From the NCBI GenBank assembly GCA_964614645.1, contig CAZTMA010000002.1, forward strand, positions 19,119 to 83,118: 64,000 nt of DNA. The letters are read 5' to 3'. The notes under the pieces are model-generated. The model was not told where the DNA came from and ran no database searches. It worked only from the letters and a program-made list of their open reading frames with translations. Source of the stretch: an uncultured Anaerolineales bacterium. Its GTDB lineage: Bacteria; Chloroflexota; Anaerolineae; CG2-30-64-16. Positions 52,959 through 60,636 of this stretch are shown piece by piece (positions within the stretch are counted from its first letter, which is position 1; each line of letters starts with the position of its first letter). The translations under genes and the position numbers were made by a program.

Positions 52959-52987
52959 AGTATAGCGAGCAAACGACGCTGTGTCAA
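52959..52987 (-). promoter_or_regulatory. Consensus sigma70 promoter for the ABC-transporter array
   Basis: Minus strand reads TTGACA-N17-TATACT, about 30 nt upstream of the start at 52926. Confidence 0.55.
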
Positions 52988-53018
52988 TGCTTTCTTGCTG
53001 CGCTTACAATTGTTTCGG

Positions 53019-53330
53019 CTAGTGCTTGAACCCAAGTGTGCGATCCTGCACCTCGAAGCCGGTTTCGGCAGGCACGCGCACCTCTCCGAATCGTTCCTCG
53101 TACTTTGCCAGGTTGTCCTCCAGGGCCTTGAGCAGCAGCTTGGCGTTGAGCGGAGTCATCACCACGCGGGCATGAACCTTCGCCTTCGGTGCGCCCGGCA
53201 GCATTCGGGCAAAGTCGATGACGATCTCCGAGGGCGAATGGGTGATGATGGCGAAGTTGGTGTAGATGGCCTCGAGGTCCGCGGATAACTCGACGTTGAT
53301 CTGGGTGGGCGGCGGGGTGGCTTGCGGCAT
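53019..53330 (-). CDS. DUF3467-family protein
   Basis: ATG 53330 preceded by AGGAG. IYTNFAIITHSPSEIVIDFARMLPG...VVMTPLNAKLLLKAL. Confidence 0.7.
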   Translation of the reverse strand: MPQATPPPTQINVELSADLEAIYTNFAIITHSPSEIVIDFARMLPGAPKAKVHARVVMTPLNAKLLLKALEDNLAKYEERFGEVRVPAETGFEVQDRTLGFKH

Positions 53331-53369
53331 GTTTTCTCCTTGCAGCACTGGAATCAGGAGTACGGCTAC

Positions 53370-53398
53370 AGTCTAGCGCAAGAGGACGTAACCGTCAA
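53370..53398 (-). promoter_or_regulatory. Sigma70-like promoter for the DUF3467 gene
   Basis: Minus strand reads TTGACG-N17-TAGACT. Confidence 0.45.
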
Positions 53399-53411
53399 CG
53401 CGCGGCGCAAC

Positions 53412-53440
53412 AAAAAGACACGGCGCTGGCGGCCGTGTCT
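53412..53440 (-). terminator. Rho-independent terminator after ssb
   Basis: Minus strand reads gacacggc-cgccag-gccgtgtc followed by tttttg. Confidence 0.7.
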
Positions 53441-53493
53441 GTGCTCTGTAGTCAGTTGGACCGGCGCGGGCCGGTGTGTTGCAGTCGTCTGCG

Positions 53494-53898
53494 TTAGAAC
53501 GGAATGTCATCCTCGTGAACCGGGAAGTCCTCGCCGCCACCTGCAGGCGGTCCGCCGCCCTCAGCGTCATCGCGCGGCCCACCCAGGAACTTAAAGGTGT
53601 TGGCCGTCATCTCCAGCGTGCCGCGGGCATTGCCCTCCCGATCAACGTAAGCCTGGGCTTCCACTTCGCCTTCTACCAGCAGAAGCTTGCCTTTCTTGAC
53701 GTACTGGGCCGCGGTCTCTGCCAGCTTGCGCCAGCAGGTGACCCTGAACCATGTCGTCTTCTCTTGCTGCTCACCGCTGGCGTTGGACCAGCGGCGGTTA
53801 ACGGCGATGCTGAAGCTGGTCACGGGCACCCCGCTGGGGGTGTACCGCATCTCAGCATCGCGGCCGACGTTCCCCACGATGACGACCTTCTGGTACAT
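53494..53898 (-). CDS. ssb: Single-stranded DNA-binding protein
   Basis: MYQKVVIVGNVGRDAEMRYTPSGVPVTSFSIAVNRRW OB fold. Gly-rich tail ending DDIPF. Confidence 0.95.
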   Translation of the reverse strand: MYQKVVIVGNVGRDAEMRYTPSGVPVTSFSIAVNRRWSNASGEQQEKTTWFRVTCWRKLAETAAQYVKKGKLLLVEGEVEAQAYVDREGNARGTLEMTANTFKFLGGPRDDAEGGGPPAGGGEDFPVHEDDIPF

Positions 53899-54032
53899 TA
53901 GTTGCTCCTTTCGCCTGTGCGCGCATCAACCGATTGTGCAGAGTCTCTGTAGGGGAGACTCAAAAACCAGCATACCGCAGAACCGCCGAAATGTCAAAAT
54001 CAGAAGAACGGGTGTTCGATCGGGGTCCGTGG

Positions 54033-54066
54033 GAGAAAACGGGCTTGTCGAACAAGCCCGTTTTCT
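54033..54066 (-). terminator. Rho-independent terminator after the thiamine ABC operon
   Basis: Minus strand reads cagaaaacgggcttg-ttcga-caagcccgttttctc; the stem is followed by a U-run. Confidence 0.7.
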
Positions 54067-54075
54067 GGCAACCCC

Positions 54076-55182
54076 CTAACGTTCGATGACCGTGATGGCG
54101 TTCGGGTCCAGCCAAAGCGTGATGGGCTCACCTTGCGGCGGGAGGTGCGTCGTGGTCGCAGATGCTTCGCAGACGAGCACGACCCCGCCCGCATGTTCCG
54201 TGCGCAGCATGTAATAGCTGCCCCGGAAGGAGGCCTCGAGCAGGCGGCCCGGCAGCAGATTCGGCCCGGTTGCATCGGGCGGGCGCACCTCTGCCGCCTC
54301 CGGCCGCACCAGGACCGCCACGGGCGTGCCGGCCGGAAAGGTGTGCGGGCTGTCCGCCACGCGGAGGTCGCCCGCCGCGGTCCGCACGGTCAGAGAGGGT
54401 GCGGCGGTGACCACGCCGTCCAGCAGGTTGCGGAACCCCAGGAAACGCGCGACGTAGGTTGTGGCCGGATAGCGGTAGACTTCGGCGGGCGTGCCGGCCT
54501 GCTCGATCCAGCCGCCCTCCCCCGTCTCCACCTGCGCACGCATGACGAACACGCGGTCGGCCACGGCAAAGGCTTCCTCCTGGTCATGCGTCACGTACAG
54601 CGCAGTCAGCCCGACCAACTTGAGGATGGCCCGGAGCTCGTTCATCAGTTGCTCGCGCAGCGACCGGTCCAGGGCGCCGAGCGGCTCGTCCAGCATCAGC
54701 AGGCGGGGGCCTGGGGCCAGGCTGCGCGCGAGCGCGACGCGCTGCTGCTCCCCGCCGGAAAGCTCGATGACGCGGCGCTCCTCGTAGCCGTCGAGCTGCA
54801 CCAGCGCCAGCATCTCCGTCACGCGGCCGCGAATCTCTTCCGGCGGCCGGCCCTGCATGCGCAGCCCGAACGCGACATTGGACTCGACATCACGATGGGG
54901 AAAGAGCGCGTAGTCCTGGAACATGAAGCCGAAGTTGCGCCGGTGCACGGGCACGCCGGCGAGGTCTTCTCCCTCGAACGTGACTGTGCCGGTGTCGGGC
55001 GGCTCCAGCCCCGCGACGATGCGCAGCAGCGTCGTCTTCCCGCACCCACTCGGCCCCAGCAGGCAGACAATCTCGCCCGCGTCCACGGTGAAGCTGGCCT
55101 CCTTGAGCACCGGCAGGCCGGGATAGGATTTGGAGACGTGGTTGACGGTCAGGATGGGTGCCATGGGCTGCACGCGCCGCAT
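54076..55182 (-). CDS. ABC transporter ATP-binding protein (ThiQ/FbpC/PotA-type with C-terminal TOBE-like domain)
   Basis: GPSGCGKTT, LSGGEQQRVALAR and LLMLDEPLGALD motifs. Start at 55182 or 55164. Confidence 0.85.
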   Translation of the reverse strand: MRRVQPMAPILTVNHVSKSYPGLPVLKEASFTVDAGEIVCLLGPSGCGKTTLLRIVAGLEPPDTGTVTFEGEDLAGVPVHRRNFGFMFQDYALFPHRDVESNVAFGLRMQGRPPEEIRGRVTEMLALVQLDGYEERRVIELSGGEQQRVALARSLAPGPRLLMLDEPLGALDRSLREQLMNELRAILKLVGLTALYVTHDQEEAFAVADRVFVMRAQVETGEGGWIEQAGTPAEVYRYPATTYVARFLGFRNLLDGVVTAAPSLTVRTAAGDLRVADSPHTFPAGTPVAVLVRPEAAEVRPPDATGPNLLPGRLLEASFRGSYYMLRTEHAGGVVLVCEASATTTHLPPQGEPITLWLDPNAITVIER

Positions 55183-55206
55183 CTGAGGATGCGGCCCTCC
55201 TCGTGG

Positions 55207-56907
55207 TTAGAACTCCCCGACATCACCGACGCGGAAGCGTTCGATCAGGAAGAAGCTGGCGGCACAGACGAGCATGAGCAGCGTGCTCATGGCGAGCGCC
55301 TGGCCGTAGTTGAGCGCGCCCGGCTGGCCGAGCAGCCGGAAGATGACGATGGGCATGGTCGGATATTCGGGCCGGGCAATCAGCAGGGTCGCGCCGAACT
55401 CGCCCATGCTGACCGTGAAGGCAAACAGCGCGGCGACAATCACCGCGCGGCCGACGATGGGCAGCTCGATCTCGCGCCAGACGCGCCACGGCGATGCGCC
55501 GAGCACCGCAGCCGCCTCGCGCCAGTCAGGGTTCAGCCCGCGCAGCGCAGGCAGCAGCGACCGCACGACGAACGGAAACGCCACCAGCGTGTGTGCGATG
55601 GGCACCAGGACCGGCGATGCCCGCAGGTCCAGCGGCGGCCGGCTCATCGTCAACAGGTAGCCGAAGCCGAGCGTCACCGCCGAGGTGCCGAGCGGCAGCA
55701 ACACGATGGGGTCCAGCAGGCGACCCAGCCGGTTGCGCTCGCGCGCCAGCAGGAGCGCGGTGACCGTGCCGAGCAGCAGCGCCAGGCCCGTCGTGAGCAG
55801 CGCGAACATGACGCTGTTGCGGATGGCGAGCCCCGGCGGGACGAAGAAGATGGACGAGGTGCGGTTGACGAACAGCTCGCGGTAGTAGCGCAGCGGGTCG
55901 TCGGGCCCTAACGACCGGACGGCCAATGCAGCCATCGGCGTCACGAGGAACAGCATGAGCCCCAGGCTCACCAGCCCGACAAGGAGGATCTGCTGCGGGC
56001 GGACAGGCGGCACGGCGGTCGAGTCTGCGGGCCTCATGTTGAGGGGCAGCGCGGCGCGCGCCTGGGCGCGCGTGTAGACGGCCATGACGACGAACGTCAG
56101 GACGATCTGTGCGAGGCTGATCGCCGCGGCCTCGGGCAACTGGAACAGCGTCACGGCCTGGCGGTAGATTTCGACCTCCAGCGTGGCAAAGCGCGGCCCG
56201 CCGAGCACCATGATGACCCCGAAGCTGGTGAAGCAGAAGAGGAAGATGAGCAGCGCGGCCGCGGCCACCGAGGGCACGAGGAGCGGCAGCGTCACCTCCC
56301 AGAATACCCGCGCCCGGTTGCCGCCGAGCACGCGCGCGGCTTCCGACAGGCGCGGGTCCAGGTTGGCCCAGAAGCCGCCCACCATGCGCACGACGACGGT
56401 GGTGTTGTAGAAGGCGTGGGCCAGGAGGATGAGCCAGATGGTCTGCTGGAGACGGATGGGCGGACCGGCCAGGTCGAACCAGTTCACCAGCAGCGTGTTC
56501 AGCGTGCCGCGCGGGCCGAGCAGCGCGGTGAACGCGGCCGCGACGACCATCGCGGGCAGCACGAAGGGAATCGTGGTCAGCGCGCGCAGGACGTTCTTTG
56601 CCGGAAAGCGGTAGCGCGCAAAGACGAACGCTGCCGGCATGCCGATGAGCAGGGTCAGGCCGGTCGAGAGCGCGGCCTGCCAGGTCGTGAACCAGAGCGC
56701 ACGGCCAAAGTAAGCCTCCTGCCACAGGCTGGCGATGGGCGTGAGGTCGAGCCTGCCGCCCGGCGCGAAGCTCTGCCCGACCACGGCAACCAGGGGGTAG
56801 AAGAAGAACACCCCCAGGAAGCCGACCGGCAGGAGGAAGAGCAACACGCGCCCTAATGATTTGGGCAACTGAAATCTCCGGTTGGGGCGGCGCAACGGAT
56901 GGTGCAC
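55207..56907 (-). CDS. Double-domain ABC permease (ThiP/FbpB-type, 12 TM)
   Basis: Two tandem permease halves. The maximal ORF starts at GTG 56907. A better start is TTG 56868, with GGAGA 6 nt upstream. Confidence 0.8.
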   Translation of the reverse strand: MHHPLRRPNRRFQLPKSLGRVLLFLLPVGFLGVFFFYPLVAVVGQSFAPGGRLDLTPIASLWQEAYFGRALWFTTWQAALSTGLTLLIGMPAAFVFARYRFPAKNVLRALTTIPFVLPAMVVAAAFTALLGPRGTLNTLLVNWFDLAGPPIRLQQTIWLILLAHAFYNTTVVVRMVGGFWANLDPRLSEAARVLGGNRARVFWEVTLPLLVPSVAAAALLIFLFCFTSFGVIMVLGGPRFATLEVEIYRQAVTLFQLPEAAAISLAQIVLTFVVMAVYTRAQARAALPLNMRPADSTAVPPVRPQQILLVGLVSLGLMLFLVTPMAALAVRSLGPDDPLRYYRELFVNRTSSIFFVPPGLAIRNSVMFALLTTGLALLLGTVTALLLARERNRLGRLLDPIVLLPLGTSAVTLGFGYLLTMSRPPLDLRASPVLVPIAHTLVAFPFVVRSLLPALRGLNPDWREAAAVLGASPWRVWREIELPIVGRAVIVAALFAFTVSMGEFGATLLIARPEYPTMPIVIFRLLGQPGALNYGQALAMSTLLMLVCAASFFLIERFRVGDVGEF

Positions 56908-57006
56908 CTGTGGTGTGCTGGCACACCTGCGGTGTGCTTAACGGATAAACGGATGTGCGCAGTGCGTCCCCAACCCATATCCGTTTATCCGTTCAAATCC
57001 GTTGGG
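56892..57006. repeat. Palindromic element copy 2 plus flanking short repeats (tbpA-thiP intercistronic)
   Basis: aacggataaacggat (56940-56954) / atccgtttatccgtt (56979-56993) with a 24-nt loop. Outer caacggat/atccgttg pair. Direct repeat cacctg[t/c]ggtgtgct x2 at 56905-56937. Confidence 0.85.
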
Positions 57007-57061
57007 CCGTCCACCCGCTCAGGATGCATTCCTAATTCGTAATTCCCAATTCTTAATTCGC

Positions 57062-58156
57062 TTACCGCAGCACCGTATCCGTCCACGCCTTCAGCCAGCC
57101 CTCGCGGCCGGCCTCGATCTGCTCCGGCGTGAGCTGCACGACCTCTATGGGCTCCTGCGCGTGTTGTGTGAACACCTCGGGCAGGGGCGTGCCGGTGCGC
57201 GCCGGGTAGATCCACATCTGCAGCGGGATGTCCGCCTGGAACGTCTCGCTCAGCATGAAGTCGACCCACTGGCGGGCCAGCTCCGGCTCCTTCGCGCCGG
57301 CCAGGATGCCGACAAACTCGATCTGCTCGGTGCTGCCGCCAGGCAGGAACAGGTTGCCCGTGGGCGATTCGGCCGGCTGTGGGTCGGCGAAGAAGACCTC
57401 GGCCGCAGGGCTAGTCGCATAGCTGACGACGATGGGCCGGTCGCCCTCGCCGCTGCCGCCGCTGAACTGCCCGTAGTAGGCGTCCTCCCACCCGTCCACG
57501 ACGAGCACATCGTTCGCGGCCAGATCAGCCCAGAAATCGAGGTAGTTATAGTCTCCAGTTTCACCGAACACGGCGATGGTCGTCATCAGGAAGGACAGGC
57601 CCGGCGACGAGGTGGCAGGATTCTCGACGACCAGGAGGCCCTTGTACGGCTCCTGGGTCAGGTCCTCGAGGGTCTGCGGCAGGGCCAATCCCTGCTCCTC
57701 AAAGTAGGCGCGGTCGTAGTTGAGCGTCACGAAGCCGTGGTCCACGGGCAGCAGCCGGAAGGTGGGATCGAGCTTGAGTTCGTCCGGGATGCCGGCCAGC
57801 GCCGGCGATTCGTACGGCTCGAAGATATCCTCCGCCAGCGCGCGGCTGAGGAAGCTGTTGTCCACGCCGAAGAACACGTCGGCCAGCGGGTTGCCCTTGC
57901 TCAGGATGGCCTTGTTCAGCGCCAGGCCCGTGTCGCCCGACTTAAGGAACTGCACCCGGCAGCCGCATTGTTCCTGGAACGCCGCGACGACCGGCTCGCT
58001 GACGCTGAAGCTGTCGTGCGTCATGACCGTGACCGTGCCCCCGGTGTTGCCGGTTGTATCCATACCCTCGGGCGTGGGGACAGTGGTCTGGACGCCAACA
58101 CAGGCGGTCGTAAGCAGACCGACGATTAGCACAAAGAGAAGGGATCGTTTCAACAT
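57062..58156 (-). CDS. Thiamine/iron-type ABC substrate-binding lipoprotein (TbpA-like)
   Basis: ATG 58156 preceded by GAGGTG. Lipobox LLTTAC. Family-1 SBP. Operon under the TPP riboswitch. Confidence 0.75.
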   Translation of the reverse strand: MLKRSLLFVLIVGLLTTACVGVQTTVPTPEGMDTTGNTGGTVTVMTHDSFSVSEPVVAAFQEQCGCRVQFLKSGDTGLALNKAILSKGNPLADVFFGVDNSFLSRALAEDIFEPYESPALAGIPDELKLDPTFRLLPVDHGFVTLNYDRAYFEEQGLALPQTLEDLTQEPYKGLLVVENPATSSPGLSFLMTTIAVFGETGDYNYLDFWADLAANDVLVVDGWEDAYYGQFSGGSGEGDRPIVVSYATSPAAEVFFADPQPAESPTGNLFLPGGSTEQIEFVGILAGAKEPELARQWVDFMLSETFQADIPLQMWIYPARTGTPLPEVFTQHAQEPIEVVQLTPEQIEAGREGWLKAWTDTVLR

Positions 58157-58265
58157 GTAACACCTCAAATACATCATCTCATTCGGATCAGCAGGTTCGT
58201 AGTAGTGACTTCAGTCACCCGGCGAGTTGTTTGGATTGCTGATGCCTTGACGCCTGAAATCGTTA

Positions 58266-58928
58266 CTACGAACCTGCTCTGGTATGAATCACGAACAGCC
58301 GCCCGCGGCGCAGCGTCACGCGCGCGTGCGTCTCGGCAAACACATTGCTGACCCCGCGCGCCCGGCCCTCGTCCAGCGTCTCGTCCGCGAGCGGATAGTG
58401 CAGGCCCGCGGTGCTCACGCCCTCTGCATCTGCGCCGAGCGGGAGCAGGGTCAGCAGGTCGCCCGCCGCGCCGGACAGGGCCACGTGCGCGGGTGCGCCG
58501 TCCGGCCCCGGCGCGGCGAGCAGGCGGATCGTCTCCGGGCCGTCTGCCAGCACGATGTCGCGGCCTGCCAGGTCGGGCCGGGCCAGCAGCAGCACGTTGG
58601 CGAGCAGGTGGTCGGTTCGCCCGCCCAGCACGGCACAGATGACGATGGGCTGCACGTCCTCCGCCAGGGCATACGCCAGCGCCAGCTCCAGGTCGGTGTC
58701 ATCCTTCTCGGCGGGCACGCGCTGGATCGGCACCCCGGCCGCGGCCAGCGCGGCGGCATCCGCGAGCGGCAGCGAATCCAGGTCTCCGACGAGCAGGTGC
58801 ACGGGCCAGCCCCACGCGCGTGCGTGGGCTGCGCCGCGATCCGCGGCAATCACCCGGTCACCGGGGCCGGGATTCAGGCCGAGGGGCCGGCGGGCTGCCG
58901 GGCTGCCGCCGACGATGTAGATGGTCAC
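58266..58928 (-). CDS. thiN: Thiamine pyrophosphokinase
   Basis: GTG 58928 preceded by AGGACGGGGA. IYIVGGSPA...VIAADRGAAHA...LLVGDLDSL...EKDDTDLELAL. Confidence 0.8.
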   Translation of the reverse strand: MTIYIVGGSPAARRPLGLNPGPGDRVIAADRGAAHARAWGWPVHLLVGDLDSLPLADAAALAAAGVPIQRVPAEKDDTDLELALAYALAEDVQPIVICAVLGGRTDHLLANVLLLARPDLAGRDIVLADGPETIRLLAAPGPDGAPAHVALSGAAGDLLTLLPLGADAEGVSTAGLHYPLADETLDEGRARGVSNVFAETHARVTLRRGRLFVIHTRAGS

Positions 58929-58955
58929 GCGATTCCCCGTCCTTGCACTGACAAC

Positions 58956-58980
58956 AAAAAGACGACCCTTGCGGGTCGCC
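58956..58980 (-). terminator. Riboswitch expression-platform terminator
   Basis: Minus strand reads ggcgaccc-gcaa-gggtcgtc followed by tttttgttg. GCGACCC is also present inside the aptamer, giving an alternative pairing. Confidence 0.7.
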
Positions 58981-59009
58981 TCTGGTGATTGCTTTTGCGC
59001 ATTGCTGCG

Positions 59010-59140
59010 CCGCATCCCTACGCCGGCATTACCCGTCAGGTTCGTAGGGTCGCCGGCATTTGTGCCAACAAGCGTGGCACGCCACCTTGTTGGCCCTGGG
59101 CCGACCTCTCAGCCAGGCTCTCCTGGCTCCCCCTGCTCTG
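59010..59140 (-). promoter_or_regulatory. TPP (THI-box) riboswitch aptamer
   Basis: Minus strand reads GGGGAGCCAGGAGAGCCUGGCUGAGAGG...ACCCUACGAACCUGACGGGUAAUGCCGGCGUAGGGAU. It carries the conserved CUGAGA and ACCUGA..GGUAAUGCC..CGUAGGGA elements. Confidence 0.9.
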
Positions 59141-59189
59141 CGCTCGCGCCGGGTCATTCGGGCGCGACGCTCTATGTTGTTATGGGCGA

Positions 59190-59218
59190 AGTCTAGCACA
59201 TGGCGGAGTCGTTGTCAA
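59190..59218 (-). promoter_or_regulatory. Consensus sigma70 promoter upstream of the TPP riboswitch
   Basis: Minus strand reads TTGACA-N17-TAGACT. Confidence 0.55.
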
Positions 59219-59238
59219 AGACTTTGGCACCGCCCCGA

Positions 59239-60636
59239 TTACGCCAGCCATGCGGTCGTCTCATGCCAGTGACGTAAGCGCCGGTCAAGCTCCTGCGCGA
59301 TGCCCTGCTGTTCGGCGCTGCCCGCGAGATTCCGCAACTGGTAGGGGTCGCGTGTGAGATCAAAGAAGAGGTAAGGCTCCGCTCCGGGCGCGCGACCGGG
59401 CCGGCCTGCCGGCAGTGCATACAGGTGAGTCGGCGTGCGAATGGCAATCCCCTCGCCGTCCGTCTCAACGATGGCCGCATCATCGTCGAGCGCAGTCCGC
59501 TGGCCGCGGAGGATCGACGCCAGGCTGCGCCCGTGCATGTGCGCAGGCGCCTGCACGCCGGCCAGATCCAGCAGCGTCGGAGCGAGATCGGCCAGGCCTG
59601 CCACCTGCTCCCTGACCACCTCGCCGCGCGAGTCTGGCTGCTGCGGCCAGCGGATGATGAGGGGAATGCGGATGGATTCCTCGTGAAGTCCGCTCTTCTG
59701 CACGCGGCCGTGGCTGCCGAGATAGTCGCCATGATCGGAGGTAAAGACCAGAATCGTGTCCTCGCTCAACCCGGTGGCATCCAGCGCGTGGAGCAGTTGG
59801 CCGAGCGCCTCGTCCACCCAGCTCGTCAGCCCATAATATTCCGCCAGCACGTGTCGGAGGTCATAGCCATCCGGCAGCGTATCCGCATACGGCAGGTGAT
59901 GTTCGTAGTACTTGTAATCGTAGCGGTAGATCTTGAACCAGTGGTCCTGGTCGGGCAGTCTTTGCGCGAGGTCGACGTTGGGCCTGAGGGGCATGTCGTC
60001 CGGCCGGTACATGTTCAGGAAGCGTTCCGGTGCGTCGGCGTACGGGCAGTGGGGCGGCGAGATGTTGTAGAACAGGAAGAAAGGCTGGCTCGCGTGGCGA
60101 TGTTCCTGCAGGAAGCGGCCGGCCTGCCCGGCCTCGAAGTCCACCGTGTACCCCGGCGGGACAAACTCGGGCCCGCCGTTTTCCGTATAGCTCTGTCCGG
60201 TGTGGCAATGATGCACGCGCGGGATGAGATAGCGGTCGAAGCCGAGGACATCAGGCCACGTGTGGATGTGCCACTTGCCGATCACCGCGTTGTAGTACCC
60301 CTGCTCTGCCAGGATCTCGGGGAGCGTGGCGTCAGGCAGATGAGGGCGGCCCGGCGCCGGATATTCGGGCAGCCCTCCTCCACCGGGCCGGCTCGCATTG
60401 CCGCTGCCTCCCGTACAGCGCCGCGCGTACTGACCGGAGAGCATCGACGAACGGGCCGGCATACAAACCGGAAAGCTGGTGACTGCTGTCTCGAAGCGCG
60501 TGCCTGCCGCTGCCAGCCGGTCCATGTGCGGCGTGTGGATGACCGGGTTGCCGTAGCAGCCGACCTCGAAGGCCCGCAACTGGTCGCAGGTACAGAGAAT
60601 GATGTTGGGCCGCCGGCCGGCGGACTCCGTGCTCAT
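59239..60636 (-). CDS. Formylglycine-dependent sulfatase (arylsulfatase family)
   Basis: PNIILCTCDQLR...FPVCMPARSSMLSG (C-x-P-x-R signature)...SDHGDYLGSHG. ATG 60636 overlaps the radA TGA. Confidence 0.85.
   Translation of the reverse strand: MSTESAGRRPNIILCTCDQLRAFEVGCYGNPVIHTPHMDRLAAAGTRFETAVTSFPVCMPARSSMLSGQYARRCTGGSGNASRPGGGGLPEYPAPGRPHLPDATLPEILAEQGYYNAVIGKWHIHTWPDVLGFDRYLIPRVHHCHTGQSYTENGGPEFVPPGYTVDFEAGQAGRFLQEHRHASQPFFLFYNISPPHCPYADAPERFLNMYRPDDMPLRPNVDLAQRLPDQDHWFKIYRYDYKYYEHHLPYADTLPDGYDLRHVLAEYYGLTSWVDEALGQLLHALDATGLSEDTILVFTSDHGDYLGSHGRVQKSGLHEESIRIPLIIRWPQQPDSRGEVVREQVAGLADLAPTLLDLAGVQAPAHMHGRSLASILRGQRTALDDDAAIVETDGEGIAIRTPTHLYALPAGRPGRAPGAEPYLFFDLTRDPYQLRNLAGSAEQQGIAQELDRRLRHWHETTAWLA

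Noticed and set aside
56985-57010. A GTTCAAATCC string resembling a tRNA T-loop.
   Set aside because: The flanking bases do not form a T-stem, and no acceptor, D or anticodon arms can be drawn. The string is the outer part of the palindromic repeat element.
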